Shown: positions 9,640-19,639 of the stretch, piece after piece | Layout: every line of letters begins with the position of its first letter | How positions within the stretch are numbered: position 1 is the stretch's first letter | Assembly: GCA_021816845.1 (NCBI GenBank) | Contig: JAKAWT010000001.1 | Location: 134,087-198,086 of the forward strand | DNA: 64,000 nucleotides | Direction: 5' to 3' | From: a bacterium | GTDB lineage: Bacteria > Patescibacteriota > Dojkabacteria > JAKAPS01 > JAJZLI01 | Translations under genes and position numbers: made by a program | Notes under the pieces: generated by a model | What the model was told of the DNA's origin: nothing | Databases searched by the model: none | What the model saw: only the letters and a program-made list of their open reading frames with translations

Positions 9640-11757
9640 CTAGTTTTTAGATAATTCTGCTCTTATTCTACGTATACCTTTACCGGCACTTTCTTGTTTT
9701 GTAATTTTAAATTTACCAAAATCTTTTGTATTGCCAAAATGTGTTCCTCCACACAGCTCCATAGAAAAATCTCCTATTTCAATAACTCTTACTTTAGTAC
9801 TATATTTACCTTTAAATATAAGATCCACCCCTAATGATTCTGCTTCCTTTAATGTCATCTCTTTAACTTTAACATCCAAATTTTTATTAATCTCAGAGTT
9901 TATTAAATCCTCTATTTTCTTTATCTCATCATCCGTTAATTGTCTTTGAAAGTTAAAATCAAATCTTATCCTATGATCATCAATATATGCACCTTTTTGA
10001 GATATCTGGTCTCCTAATATAACTTTCAAGGCTTTATTTAAAAGATGTGCGGTTGAATGATTATATGATGTTTTAATACGTGATTCTTGATCAACAAAAC
10101 AGTCAACTATATCCCCTTCACTAATTGAAGATTCTTTCCCTTCAGAATGAGCATCCATATATTCTCCGATGTGCAAATAGACACCTTTCTTCGTTTTTTT
10201 TACATTTTTGACTTTAATACTGAAACCATTGCCTCTAACCTCACCAATATCACCTTTTTGGCCACCTCCTTCAGCAAAAAATGGGGTTTTATCTAACACA
10301 AATTGTATTTCATCTCCTAGGTCAAGTACATACAAAACTTTAGCACCTTTAAGATTCAAATCTTGGTATCCTATAAATTCGGTATTTTGTATATTTTGAA
10401 GTTCTATTTCCATATTTTTTCCTAAAGTGAATGAAGAATTTGTTCTTGATTTATCTTGTTGTATTTTATATAAATTGTCAAACTCCGTCTCATCAAAACT
10501 TATATTTTTTGAATTTAGAATATCTTTTATTATTTCAATATTAAGACCATAAGTATCATGAAGCTTGAACATATCCTCTCCTTTTAGATGTTTAACAGAT
10601 CCTAATTTCTCGACCATAGAATCAAGCTTCTTCATACCCTTCTCTAAAACATTTTTAAACTTTATTTCTTCTTCGTCTATTTCTTTCATTATTTTATCCT
10701 TATTTAGTGAAAGTTCAGGATAAAAATTGGAATATTTTAAAATAACAGATTCTGCAACACTAGATAAAAATGGAAATTCTCCACCAATTTGTATAACTTG
10801 TACCATAGCTCTTCTTAATAACCTTCGTAAAACATAACCCCTATACTCGTTTGAAGGAATGAGACCATCAGCAATTAAAAATGTAATTCCTCTTACATGA
10901 TCGGCTATTATATTTATAGATCTTTCATTTTTTATATTAGAACTTACATTACTTTTTATTTTATCCACAATAGGAATAAATAAGTCTGTTTTAAATACAG
11001 AATCAACATTCTGAAGCACAGCAGTAAGTCTTTCAAGTCCTGCACCTGTATCTACATTTGTGTATGGGAGCCTAGAGAATCTAGAATTTTCATCTTTATA
11101 ATATTCCATAAAAACTCCAGCGTTCCAAATTTCTACAAACCTATCACAAGAACAACCAGGTTTGCATGTTGGCTTCAGACAACCTTTATCCTTGCCATTG
11201 TCATAATATATCTCTGTAGAAGGTCCGCAAGGACCTGTAAGTCCAGGAGGTCCCCAGAAATTATCCTTAAATGGTAGTGCAATAATTTTTGATTTCGGAA
11301 TTCCTATATCTTCCCATAATTCTTCTGATTCGGTATCCCTTGGAATAATATTACCACCATGGAGTTCACTGTCCTGGAATCCTTCAAAAATACTAACCCA
11401 CAATTTATCCTTATCAATTTTAAAATGATTTACTAAAAGGTCGTAAGCAAGAGAAATTGCTTCTTTTTTATAATAATCACCAAATGACCATGATCCCAAC
11501 ATCTCGAAAAAAGTCAGGTGCCTTCCATCACTTCCTATATCATCAATATCTACTGTCCTGAAACTTTTTTGTACTGAACATACCCTAGGATTCTCAAACT
11601 CTTTCTCACGCATTAAGTAAGGCATCATCTGGACCATACCTGCTGTTGTAAAAAGAATACTTTCATCGTCAGGAATTAAACCTGATGATTTGTATAACTG
11701 ATGTTTATTATCAGTAAAAAATTTTATAAATCTTTCTCTTACTACACTTCCTTCCAT
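9640..11757 (-). CDS. alaS: alanine--tRNA ligase (lacks C-Ala domain)
   Basis: LFTTAGM, RHLTFFEMLG, GPCGPSTEI, DTGAGLER, editing motifs HSTAHLL and ELCGGTH; ends after GIRRIRA. Confidence 0.97.
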   Translation of the reverse strand: MEGSVVRERFIKFFTDNKHQLYKSSGLIPDDESILFTTAGMVQMMPYLMREKEFENPRVCSVQKSFRTVDIDDIGSDGRHLTFFEMLGSWSFGDYYKKEAISLAYDLLVNHFKIDKDKLWVSIFEGFQDSELHGGNIIPRDTESEELWEDIGIPKSKIIALPFKDNFWGPPGLTGPCGPSTEIYYDNGKDKGCLKPTCKPGCSCDRFVEIWNAGVFMEYYKDENSRFSRLPYTNVDTGAGLERLTAVLQNVDSVFKTDLFIPIVDKIKSNVSSNIKNERSINIIADHVRGITFLIADGLIPSNEYRGYVLRRLLRRAMVQVIQIGGEFPFLSSVAESVILKYSNFYPELSLNKDKIMKEIDEEEIKFKNVLEKGMKKLDSMVEKLGSVKHLKGEDMFKLHDTYGLNIEIIKDILNSKNISFDETEFDNLYKIQQDKSRTNSSFTLGKNMEIELQNIQNTEFIGYQDLNLKGAKVLYVLDLGDEIQFVLDKTPFFAEGGGQKGDIGEVRGNGFSIKVKNVKKTKKGVYLHIGEYMDAHSEGKESSISEGDIVDCFVDQESRIKTSYNHSTAHLLNKALKVILGDQISQKGAYIDDHRIRFDFNFQRQLTDDEIKKIEDLINSEINKNLDVKVKEMTLKEAESLGVDLIFKGKYSTKVRVIEIGDFSMELCGGTHFGNTKDFGKFKITKQESAGKGIRRIRAELSKN

Positions 11758-11779
11758 ATTAATAACTTATTTGTAATTT

Positions 11780-11852
11780 AGACGACGATGGGATTCGAAC
11801 CCACGTACGCGGTTTTGCAGACCGCTTCCTGGACCAACTCGGATACGTCGCC
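11780..11852 (-). tRNA. tRNA-Cys (GCA), CCA not encoded
   Basis: Reverse complement GGCGACG..GCGGTCT-GCA-AAACCGC..GTGGGTTCGAATCCCAT-CGTCGTC-T folds as a cloverleaf; U discriminator. Confidence 0.95.
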
Positions 11853-11926
11853 AATATATTGATCGCTAATATATTGGAATTATACCAAATTTAAAAGATT
11901 CAGGGTAATTGACTAGGACATTCCTA

Positions 11927-13153
11927 CTATGATAATTTATTAGCTAATGCTCCAAAAAATATAAATGAGTATTTCTCGCCTTGGTAAGCCTTATACATAA
12001 GTAATATACTCAGTAACACCCATATTATAAATAATATGACATTAGCAATAAGGAATGCTAAAGATAATGACCCTCGAGACAAAGATGTAAAAACTAAGAA
12101 AATTATTATGAATACAAGGTTAAATCCTATACTTTGAACTGCATGAAATTTTAAAAATTTGTCATTCCTTAAATATGAGTATATAAGCATCAATACATTT
12201 AATCCTATAACATAAGATACAACACCAAATATATCTTCACTCCTATCTGGAATAGTTCCAGAATTTGTAGATTTGTCTTCTTGAGTCTGTCCTCCTTGGG
12301 TATTGACTCCTTGAGACTGATCATTTGTAGATGTTGTAGAGTTTGCCCCAGAAGTTGCATATGGGTTTATAAAAGTACCTTCAGATTTTTGACTAAAACC
12401 TTCTTGTTGTTGTGAAGTTTGAGTTGATATTGGAGGTAAATCAGTATTTGAGGTAACAAAATCAGGGTTCTGATATGTGTTTCCACTTATTGTAGATGGC
12501 TGATTAGGTATGCCAGTATCTACTGAAGTTGCAGAAGATAATGGGCTCGTATTTTGATTACTTGTTACATTAGTGTAAGGATCTGGAACTTCTTGGTGCT
12601 CTAATGGTTTATTTAAATTTTTAAAACTATCCATAGATAAAGCAGAATTTAGTACTTCATTTACCTCTGCCCTATTCTTATTGGCATCATCATTATCTGA
12701 TCCAGATAAAGTGGCATTATTTGAAGTAATATTATCTGATACAACAGTATTTTGAGAATAATCAAGACCACCTAGAGTATTAATAGAGGATGGAGGTGTA
12801 CTGTCAACGCTACCACTTGCTGTAGTATTAGTATTATCAGTTGAAGGTGGTACCACAGAGGTATTTCCTCCTAAAGGATTGGGTACAGAATTAGCATTAG
12901 ATGTGTAAGGATTAGATTTGTTACCTAAAACAAAATCATATGGATCATTGATTTTTATTGGTTCACTATCTGATGCTGACGTTGGACTCTGTGTATTTGC
13001 TACATTTGGCTCGGGAGCATTAGTCTCCTCATTAACATTTTGTACAGGATTAGTATCTTGATTTACTTGAACACTAGCATTAGTTTGATCATCTCCACTC
13101 ATTGTTGGTATTTGAAAATCTTGATTAGGTTTTATAACATTATCGTCATCCAT
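11927..13153 (-). CDS. DUF4870-like 3-TM protein with ~300-aa low-complexity N-terminus
   Basis: N/S/T/Q/P-rich N-terminus; SYVIG...FLKFHAVQSIG...KAYQGEKY C-terminal membrane domain. Confidence 0.75.
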   Translation of the reverse strand: MDDDNVIKPNQDFQIPTMSGDDQTNASVQVNQDTNPVQNVNEETNAPEPNVANTQSPTSASDSEPIKINDPYDFVLGNKSNPYTSNANSVPNPLGGNTSVVPPSTDNTNTTASGSVDSTPPSSINTLGGLDYSQNTVVSDNITSNNATLSGSDNDDANKNRAEVNEVLNSALSMDSFKNLNKPLEHQEVPDPYTNVTSNQNTSPLSSATSVDTGIPNQPSTISGNTYQNPDFVTSNTDLPPISTQTSQQQEGFSQKSEGTFINPYATSGANSTTSTNDQSQGVNTQGGQTQEDKSTNSGTIPDRSEDIFGVVSYVIGLNVLMLIYSYLRNDKFLKFHAVQSIGFNLVFIIIFLVFTSLSRGSLSLAFLIANVILFIIWVLLSILLMYKAYQGEKYSFIFFGALANKLS

Positions 13154-13210
13154 GGTGTATTATAATAATATAACTATAATTATAGCATTTCATATCAAAA
13201 AAAAAATAAA

Positions 13211-14344
13211 GTGAATAAAAACTATATATACTTTGACAATTCAGCTACAACAAAAATCGATCAGAGAGTCATTGATGTAATGATTCCTCATATAAAAACC
13301 TTATATGGGAACCCATCAAGTCTACATATGGAAGGACAAAAAGCTAGAAGAGTTATTGATACATCAAGAGAAATCATAGCTTCATATATAGGCTCTGATA
13401 TACAAGAAATTATTTTTACTTCTGGAGGGACTGAAAGTAATAATACTGTAATAAATGGTGTAGCTCATGCATTAAATAAGAAAGGCAAACATATAATAAC
13501 AACATCCATAGAACATGATTCAATACTTCAACCACTAGAAAATCTAAAAGGGTTCGATATAACATATTTAAAACCATCAAAAACAGGTCATATAGATCTG
13601 GATGATCTAAAATCTAAAATTAGGGATGATACTATTCTTATATCTATAGCATATGCAAATTCAGAAATAGGGTCAATTCAGAACATCCCAAAAATAGCAG
13701 AAATAGCCCATGAAAAAGGTGTATTGGTTCATACTGATGCAATGCAAGCAGCTAAATATAGAGATATTAATATACAGAATATTGGGGTTGATCTTATGAC
13801 TTTTGGTGCACATAAAATAAACGGACCAAAGGGTATCGGAGCTTTATTTATAAAAAGAGGAACTATGATAAAACCTCTCATATATGGGGGATCCCAAGAG
13901 TATAGATTTAGAGGAGGAACTGAAAATACACCATTGATTGCAGGATTTGCTAAAGCTGTAGAACTTTTACAAAATGAAAAAATGGTAAGAGCAAAATATG
14001 TAGAATCTTTGAGGGATATGTTTGAATCTGGTTTGCAAAATTATTTAAAAGATATAAAAATAAATGGTGGAGGAGAAAGGTTAGAAAGCATATCTAATAT
14101 ATATTTTAGAAATATATCTACTGAAACTATGATTATAAATTTAGATATGAAAGGTGTTGCTGCATCGGCAGGATCAGCATGTTCTTCCCTATCTTTAGAA
14201 CCTTCACATGTTTTAACATCTATAGGACTAAGTAAAGATGAAGCTAAGCATTCTGTAAGATTTAGTTTTGGCCATGAAAATACTAAATTTGAAATAGAAA
14301 AATGCATAAAGATAATAAGAAAAATATATGGAAATCAATTATAA
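13211..14344 (+). CDS. iscS: cysteine desulfurase, NifS/IscS group I
   Basis: DNSATT, FTSGGTES, HTDAMQ, PLP lysine AHK.NGPKG, catalytic SAGSACS. Confidence 0.92.
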   Translation: MNKNYIYFDNSATTKIDQRVIDVMIPHIKTLYGNPSSLHMEGQKARRVIDTSREIIASYIGSDIQEIIFTSGGTESNNTVINGVAHALNKKGKHIITTSIEHDSILQPLENLKGFDITYLKPSKTGHIDLDDLKSKIRDDTILISIAYANSEIGSIQNIPKIAEIAHEKGVLVHTDAMQAAKYRDINIQNIGVDLMTFGAHKINGPKGIGALFIKRGTMIKPLIYGGSQEYRFRGGTENTPLIAGFAKAVELLQNEKMVRAKYVESLRDMFESGLQNYLKDIKINGGGERLESISNIYFRNISTETMIINLDMKGVAASAGSACSSLSLEPSHVLTSIGLSKDEAKHSVRFSFGHENTKFEIEKCIKIIRKIYGNQL

Positions 14345-15590
14345 CGAAGAAAAAGATATAAGAATATCAAAGCGTATTGAAGCTGTCGCCTATATTTTTA
14401 TAGTTTTATACCTTATTTTTTATAGCTACTTAAACATCAACCAAAACAGTAAAGAATTGTTAATAATAAACAATATCCTAGCATTTACTTTTATTTTAAC
14501 CATATTTTCTATTAATCATATAGTTAGAATAAAATTATTGGCAAAAAAAATTTTTACAGAGGTTATATTATTAACTGTATGGATTTTCATAGAAATATTA
14601 TTTTTTACTACTAAAGATAGTCCCATATTTTTTATATTACCAATTTTAATAATAACTACAGTTATGTCTTATGACAATATCAAAAATGTGATTATCTATA
14701 TATCTATAATTACTATTGGACTTATATCTTTATTTTTTATTCCTTATTACAATAGCCATAACGAAATAGGTATTACAATAATAAAATTTTGGGTGGTATT
14801 TTTCATTATAACTGCAAGTTTCTCATATTTATATGTATATAGGCAGATGACAGAAAAATATCAAGAAGAAAAGGAACTTGCAAAACATAATGAAGCTTTA
14901 ACTAAAGAGAAAAATTCTTTCGTAAGAATTCTTTCTACAGAATTAAAAGATCCTATTAAAAATACTGAAATGCAATTACAAGAAATCCTAGATAAGAATA
15001 AATATGTGTTTAATCCTAATATGAGAGATATTTTAGAAAAAACACTGACGAATGCAAAAACGTTGGATAACTTATCTCAAAATATCTTAACAATGGATAA
15101 CTCAAATATAGATAGTATAACATTTGCCCTCCAGAAAATAGATCTCGGAAATATCTTAAAAGAAGTATTAAGTACACTTGATTTAAAAGCTAAGGAAAGG
15201 AATATATCTATTGTATCTCAAGATATAAAAAATATATATGTGAATGCAGACTATAACAGACTAGGAGAAATTCTGCGTAATGTTATAGATAATGCAATCA
15301 AATATACAGATGAAGGTGGAAATGTATCTATTTTTATATCTAAAGAAAATAATAAAATATATATAAAAATCCAAGATACTGGTATAGGTATACCTGCAGA
15401 TGATATTGATAAACTTTTCACAAAATTTTATAGAGCATCAAACGTGGAGAAAAATACAAAACAAGGTACTGGATTAGGGCTATATCTTGTAAAACAATAT
15501 GTAGAAAAAATGAATGGAGAAATAAAAATAGAGAGTGTTCTTAATAAGGGTACAACTATTACATTAATTATACCTCAATATGGAGAATGA
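14328..15590 (+). CDS. multi-TM histidine-kinase-like protein lacking the phospho-acceptor His
   Basis: H-box reads LSTELKDP (ACA at 14937-14939); intact N (DNAIKYT), G1 (DTGIGI), F and G2 (GTGLGL) boxes. Confidence 0.88.
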   Translation: MEINYNEEKDIRISKRIEAVAYIFIVLYLIFYSYLNINQNSKELLIINNILAFTFILTIFSINHIVRIKLLAKKIFTEVILLTVWIFIEILFFTTKDSPIFFILPILIITTVMSYDNIKNVIIYISIITIGLISLFFIPYYNSHNEIGITIIKFWVVFFIITASFSYLYVYRQMTEKYQEEKELAKHNEALTKEKNSFVRILSTELKDPIKNTEMQLQEILDKNKYVFNPNMRDILEKTLTNAKTLDNLSQNILTMDNSNIDSITFALQKIDLGNILKEVLSTLDLKAKERNISIVSQDIKNIYVNADYNRLGEILRNVIDNAIKYTDEGGNVSIFISKENNKIYIKIQDTGIGIPADDIDKLFTKFYRASNVEKNTKQGTGLGLYLVKQYVEKMNGEIKIESVLNKGTTITLIIPQYGE

Positions 15591-16830
15591 TATACGAAAA
15601 TCTATAGAACTGGAGAAAAATCAAAAGTTATCAATAATGATAAGAAACACTATTGGTGTCTTTGCAATTATCATTGGCATACTTTTATTTAATCTTTCTT
15701 TTTTTTCTATAACCCACCTTCAATCAATCTTTATAATATCGGGGTCAGTAGGATCTATATTAATTGTTCTTATATTAAATTATCTTATAAGAACTCCAAG
15801 TGCAAATAAAAATAGACTAGAACTATTTTTATTCTTCATAGTTGTATCACCTCTTGTAATATTATTTGGGGGACCTAAAAGTCCATTTGTTATAGTTTAT
15901 ATGATAATTTTATTTCAAGCCATAATAATTGATGAGGATAATTTTAATTTTATTATTGCTAATCTTCTTCCTATATTCATAAACATAATATATATAATAA
16001 TAACAAGAGAAATCAGCTTAGAAATAATAGTGTTTATTATAATGGAAATTCTAATAAATGTATTTCTATCCATAGAATCTAAAGACCTACTCTATATCAC
16101 ACATACTATTTTAAATAAATATGAAGATGAGAAAAAAACTACAGAAATGATGGAGAGTGTTAATAAGGAGAAAGATGAATTTATATCCACTGCATCCCAT
16201 GAATTACGTTCACCAATATCAGCTGTAAGAGGTTATTTACAATTACTTACAATTGATGAAGATTATCAAAAACTCCCTAGAGATACTTACGAAGATTTAA
16301 AGAAACTTACTGCATCAGCAGAAGATTTAAATAAAGTAGTAGATAACTTATTAAATACCTCCAGAATAGATTTAAATCGAATATATATAAATAAAGTAGA
16401 TACAAACTTAAATTTACAAATATTTAAATCTATTGCAAAAATCATACAGAAAGCAGAGTTAAAAAAAATGAAATTAATATTCAAACCTTACACTGATAAT
16501 ACCATTGTTAATACAGATTCCGAGAAATTATCCGATGTTATAGTAAATATAATTGATAATTCTATAGAAAACTCTCCAGAAGGGGCAGAAATAATTATAA
16601 CTACAGAGAAAAAAGGTAATATTAATCTTATAATTATAAGAGATTTTGGCTATGGTATACCACAGACCATCCTCCCGCATATTTTTGAAAAGTTCTATAT
16701 ATCATCAAACAGAAATAAAAGAACTGGGCTAGGATTATATCTTTCTTATAATTTTATGAGAATGATAGGTGGTAATTTGAAAATTGAGAGTATAGAGAAT
16801 ACAGGAACTACTGCTATTATTGAAATTTAA
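15580..16830 (+). CDS. multi-TM sensor histidine kinase
   Basis: H-box ASHELRSP; divergent N-box DNSIENS, G1 DFGYGI, G2 RTGLGL. Confidence 0.9.
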   Translation: MENDIRKSIELEKNQKLSIMIRNTIGVFAIIIGILLFNLSFFSITHLQSIFIISGSVGSILIVLILNYLIRTPSANKNRLELFLFFIVVSPLVILFGGPKSPFVIVYMIILFQAIIIDEDNFNFIIANLLPIFINIIYIIITREISLEIIVFIIMEILINVFLSIESKDLLYITHTILNKYEDEKKTTEMMESVNKEKDEFISTASHELRSPISAVRGYLQLLTIDEDYQKLPRDTYEDLKKLTASAEDLNKVVDNLLNTSRIDLNRIYINKVDTNLNLQIFKSIAKIIQKAELKKMKLIFKPYTDNTIVNTDSEKLSDVIVNIIDNSIENSPEGAEIIITTEKKGNINLIIIRDFGYGIPQTILPHIFEKFYISSNRNKRTGLGLYLSYNFMRMIGGNLKIESIENTGTTAIIEI

Positions 16831-16863
16831 ACCATTTATCACTATAATAACATTGTTTTATAT

Positions 16864-16935
16864 TCCTCGGTAGCTCAACGGTAGAGCGGCTCGCTGTTAA
16901 CGAGAAGGTTCTAGGTTCGAATCCTAGCCGGGGAG
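16864..16935 (+). tRNA. tRNA-Asn (GTT), CCA not encoded
   Basis: TCCTCGG..TAGCTCAACGGTAGAGC..CTCGCT-GTT-AACGAG..CTAGGTTCGAATCCTAG-CCGGGGA-G cloverleaf. Confidence 0.96.
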
Positions 16936-16981
16936 TTTTATATATGTTTAGATTTCTCCATTCATATATAGTTTTTTAATT

Positions 16982-18391
16982 TTAGATACAACAGCTAACG
17001 CTAGATAGATCACGTATAGAAGATTGAGCTACTAATTTTATCAATTCTGAAAGAGTCGGGAATATATGAATTGTATCTGCTACTTCTGATACTGTCATCT
17101 TATTTTTAACTATCATGACAGCCTCATGTATGATATCTACGGCATCCTTAGATATTAAATGCATTCCTAGTATTTCCTTTGTATCATGATCAATAACCAT
17201 TTTTATATACCCTCTAGTATCTCCTATCAACAAAGCCTTTGGTACCTTATCTAAAGTTAAAGATAAGCAGGAACAATTAAGATTAGTTTGAAAAACATCT
17301 TCATCTCTTAGTCCTACACCTGCAACAGATGGTGTAGCAAAAATTGCATAAGGAACTTCATCATAGTTTATAAAAGAATGATTCCCCTGAATAATATTTA
17401 AAACTGCAAGAGAACCTTCTCTTCCAGCTGTAGTTTCCATTCTTTTTTGTACATCTATAACATCGCCAACAGCGTATATACTAGGATTTGAAGTTTGTAA
17501 ATACTTATTAACCTTAATAGAATGATTTTCTGATATATCAACATTCACTTTATCCAGATTTAAAGATTCTATATTTGGATTTTTTCCTATTGCAAAAAGA
17601 ACTTTATCAAAAACAATTTCAGACTCCCCATCTGGATTTTCTACAAAAGCTCGTCCAGTTTCATCTTTATTTTTTTCAAACCTAGAAACCTTTCCATTCT
17701 TTATTATATCAATGCCGTCTTCTTTAAGATATTTCTCCAAATATTCAGATATTTCTGGTTCTGTTCCTTTAATAAGTCTATCTCCTCTTGTAATCAGAGT
17801 AACTTTACTACCAAAGTGTGAAAACATTTGTGCAAATTCTACACCAACAGCGCCACCTCCTATTATAGTTAACTTAGAAGGTAATTTCTTTAAATGAAGA
17901 GCCTCAATATGTGTCATATAATCTATACTTTCTACACCCTTTACATCAATAAGCTTTGCTTTTGAACCAGTTGCTATTACAAATTTTTCTCCTTTTATTT
18001 TTTTTCCTGATATATCTACTTCATTTTCAGAAATAAATGAAGCTTTCCCTTTAATAAAATCAACATGAGGAAGTTTTCTAAGAACCTGTTCATATTTTTC
18101 ATTCCTCATATTATCCACAATATTTAATTGTGAATGAACAATATCTTCAAAATCAAATTGGACATTTTTAATTTTTATAGAATTAAATCTGGGATTTTTA
18201 GATTCAAATATATACTCTGCATTCTCTATCATATATTTACTAGGAACACAGCCTACATTTACACACGTACCCCCTAAAGGAAGACCACTATTTATAATTA
18301 AAGTATCTACGTTTAACTCATTTGCCTTTATAGCGGCAGCAAAACCTCCTGCACCTCCACCTATTATTATTAACTTATATGAATCTTTCAT
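16982..18391 (-). CDS. merA: mercuric reductase (no N-terminal NmerA domain)
   Basis: GGGAGG FAD fold, redox GGTCVNVGCVPSK, IHIFPTLSE, diagnostic C-terminal vicinal Cys (VSCCI). Confidence 0.88.
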   Translation of the reverse strand: MKDSYKLIIIGGGAGGFAAAIKANELNVDTLIINSGLPLGGTCVNVGCVPSKYMIENAEYIFESKNPRFNSIKIKNVQFDFEDIVHSQLNIVDNMRNEKYEQVLRKLPHVDFIKGKASFISENEVDISGKKIKGEKFVIATGSKAKLIDVKGVESIDYMTHIEALHLKKLPSKLTIIGGGAVGVEFAQMFSHFGSKVTLITRGDRLIKGTEPEISEYLEKYLKEDGIDIIKNGKVSRFEKNKDETGRAFVENPDGESEIVFDKVLFAIGKNPNIESLNLDKVNVDISENHSIKVNKYLQTSNPSIYAVGDVIDVQKRMETTAGREGSLAVLNIIQGNHSFINYDEVPYAIFATPSVAGVGLRDEDVFQTNLNCSCLSLTLDKVPKALLIGDTRGYIKMVIDHDTKEILGMHLISKDAVDIIHEAVMIVKNKMTVSEVADTIHIFPTLSELIKLVAQSSIRDLSSVSCCI

Positions 18392-19092
18392 AGTATTTTT
18401 AAACTAAAATAAGAACTTAATTGGTAATATATAATGTATAATCCTGCTAAAATCATTATTACCCCTGCAATTTTATTAACAAATTTTCTATATCTGAACA
18501 ATTTATCTTCTATAAAAGTATTAGATACTGCAAGAAGAAAAGATAATAGAAGAGAAATCAGAAATACTCCAGCAAGATATGATAGACCTACTACAATCGT
18601 ATTAAAATAGTTTTTCTCAATAAAGGTTGACAGTACAACTGATATAAACAATGGAAAAGAACACCCTAAAGATACTAATCCATATAATAAACCAAACAAA
18701 TAAATAGATAGAATATTGTTATTTTTCTTTACTTTTTTATCTACGTCAGATTGGAATTGGTGAAATATATTCAAAGATAATCCTCTATTTATAAGTGTAG
18801 AAATCCCTAAGCATATAATTATTATCCCAATAAAAACAGTAATTACAGGAATTACATTAATAATTATATTTCCAAATACAAAAATAATAATAGCAAATAT
18901 TATAAAAATTGTTGAAAACCCTAAAGCTAGAGCGATACCTCTAAACAAACCAAGATAAATTTTTTTCCAAGATTTATCCTCATTACTTTTAATGTAAAAT
19001 CCTATATATGCAGGAATCATCCCAACAGAACAAGGAGATAAAAAAGACAATATTCCTGCACTAAATGCTAAAGATATTAATATATCTGACAT
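18388..19092 (-). CDS. CcdA/DsbD-family transmembrane protein
   Basis: AGILSFLSPC..MIPAY and SLGCSFP motifs, 6 TM; overlaps merA start. Confidence 0.88.
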   Translation of the reverse strand: MSDILISLAFSAGILSFLSPCSVGMIPAYIGFYIKSNEDKSWKKIYLGLFRGIALALGFSTIFIIFAIIIFVFGNIIINVIPVITVFIGIIIICLGISTLINRGLSLNIFHQFQSDVDKKVKKNNNILSIYLFGLLYGLVSLGCSFPLFISVVLSTFIEKNYFNTIVVGLSYLAGVFLISLLLSFLLAVSNTFIEDKLFRYRKFVNKIAGVIMILAGLYIIYYQLSSYFSLKIL

Positions 19093-19096
19093 ATAG

Positions 19097-19639
19097 TTAT
19101 GATATAGAAGATAAAACCTTTCTAAGAGAACTTTCAGAAGGTAAAACTTTACTGTATACTAAATCTCCGTTTTTATTAATTATATAAACCATATCAAGAC
19201 TAGTAACTTTATAATCTTCTAAAAATGTATTACTTTTTGCTATGACATAAGATACTCGACCATTACCGTTAGTTATTGAATTGATCCATGGCATTAATTC
19301 TGAATATGTATCTATGCTATTTATATCTACTCCATAAAACTTCACATTATTGTATAAGGACGATATTTTTGATAATTCTTTTGATAGTACAGCACAATCT
19401 GCACATCCAGCCTCTATAGTGAATAACACCTGTGCTTTGCTACTTACTCCACCAATATTTACTAATTGATTATTACTATTCATAAAAGATACTACTGGAG
19501 CTATCACTTTGACTGTTTTATTAGTAGTATTCCCTCTTAAAGAACTTCCAGAATTTACTACAAGTATTAATAAGACTATAAATATTACCACACCAACCAT
19601 TATTAATATTACATTTCTACTAGTATTTTTCTTGCTCAT
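19097..19639 (-). CDS. membrane-anchored thioredoxin-fold protein (TlpA/ResA-like)
   Basis: N-terminal TM, CADC motif, Y.V.SL...YIINKNG.LVY. Confidence 0.8.
   Translation of the reverse strand: MSKKNTSRNVILIMVGVVIFIVLLILVVNSGSSLRGNTTNKTVKVIAPVVSFMNSNNQLVNIGGVSSKAQVLFTIEAGCADCAVLSKELSKISSLYNNVKFYGVDINSIDTYSELMPWINSITNGNGRVSYVIAKSNTFLEDYKVTSLDMVYIINKNGDLVYSKVLPSESSLRKVLSSIS

Noticed and set aside
16982-18391. Dihydrolipoamide dehydrogenase or glutathione reductase call
   Set aside because: C-terminal Cys-Cys, FPT in place of the HPT catalytic His, and ArsR context favour MerA
18388-19639. Cytochrome c maturation system II
   Set aside because: No ResB/ResC or CxxCH proteins nearby; the genes are coupled to merA instead
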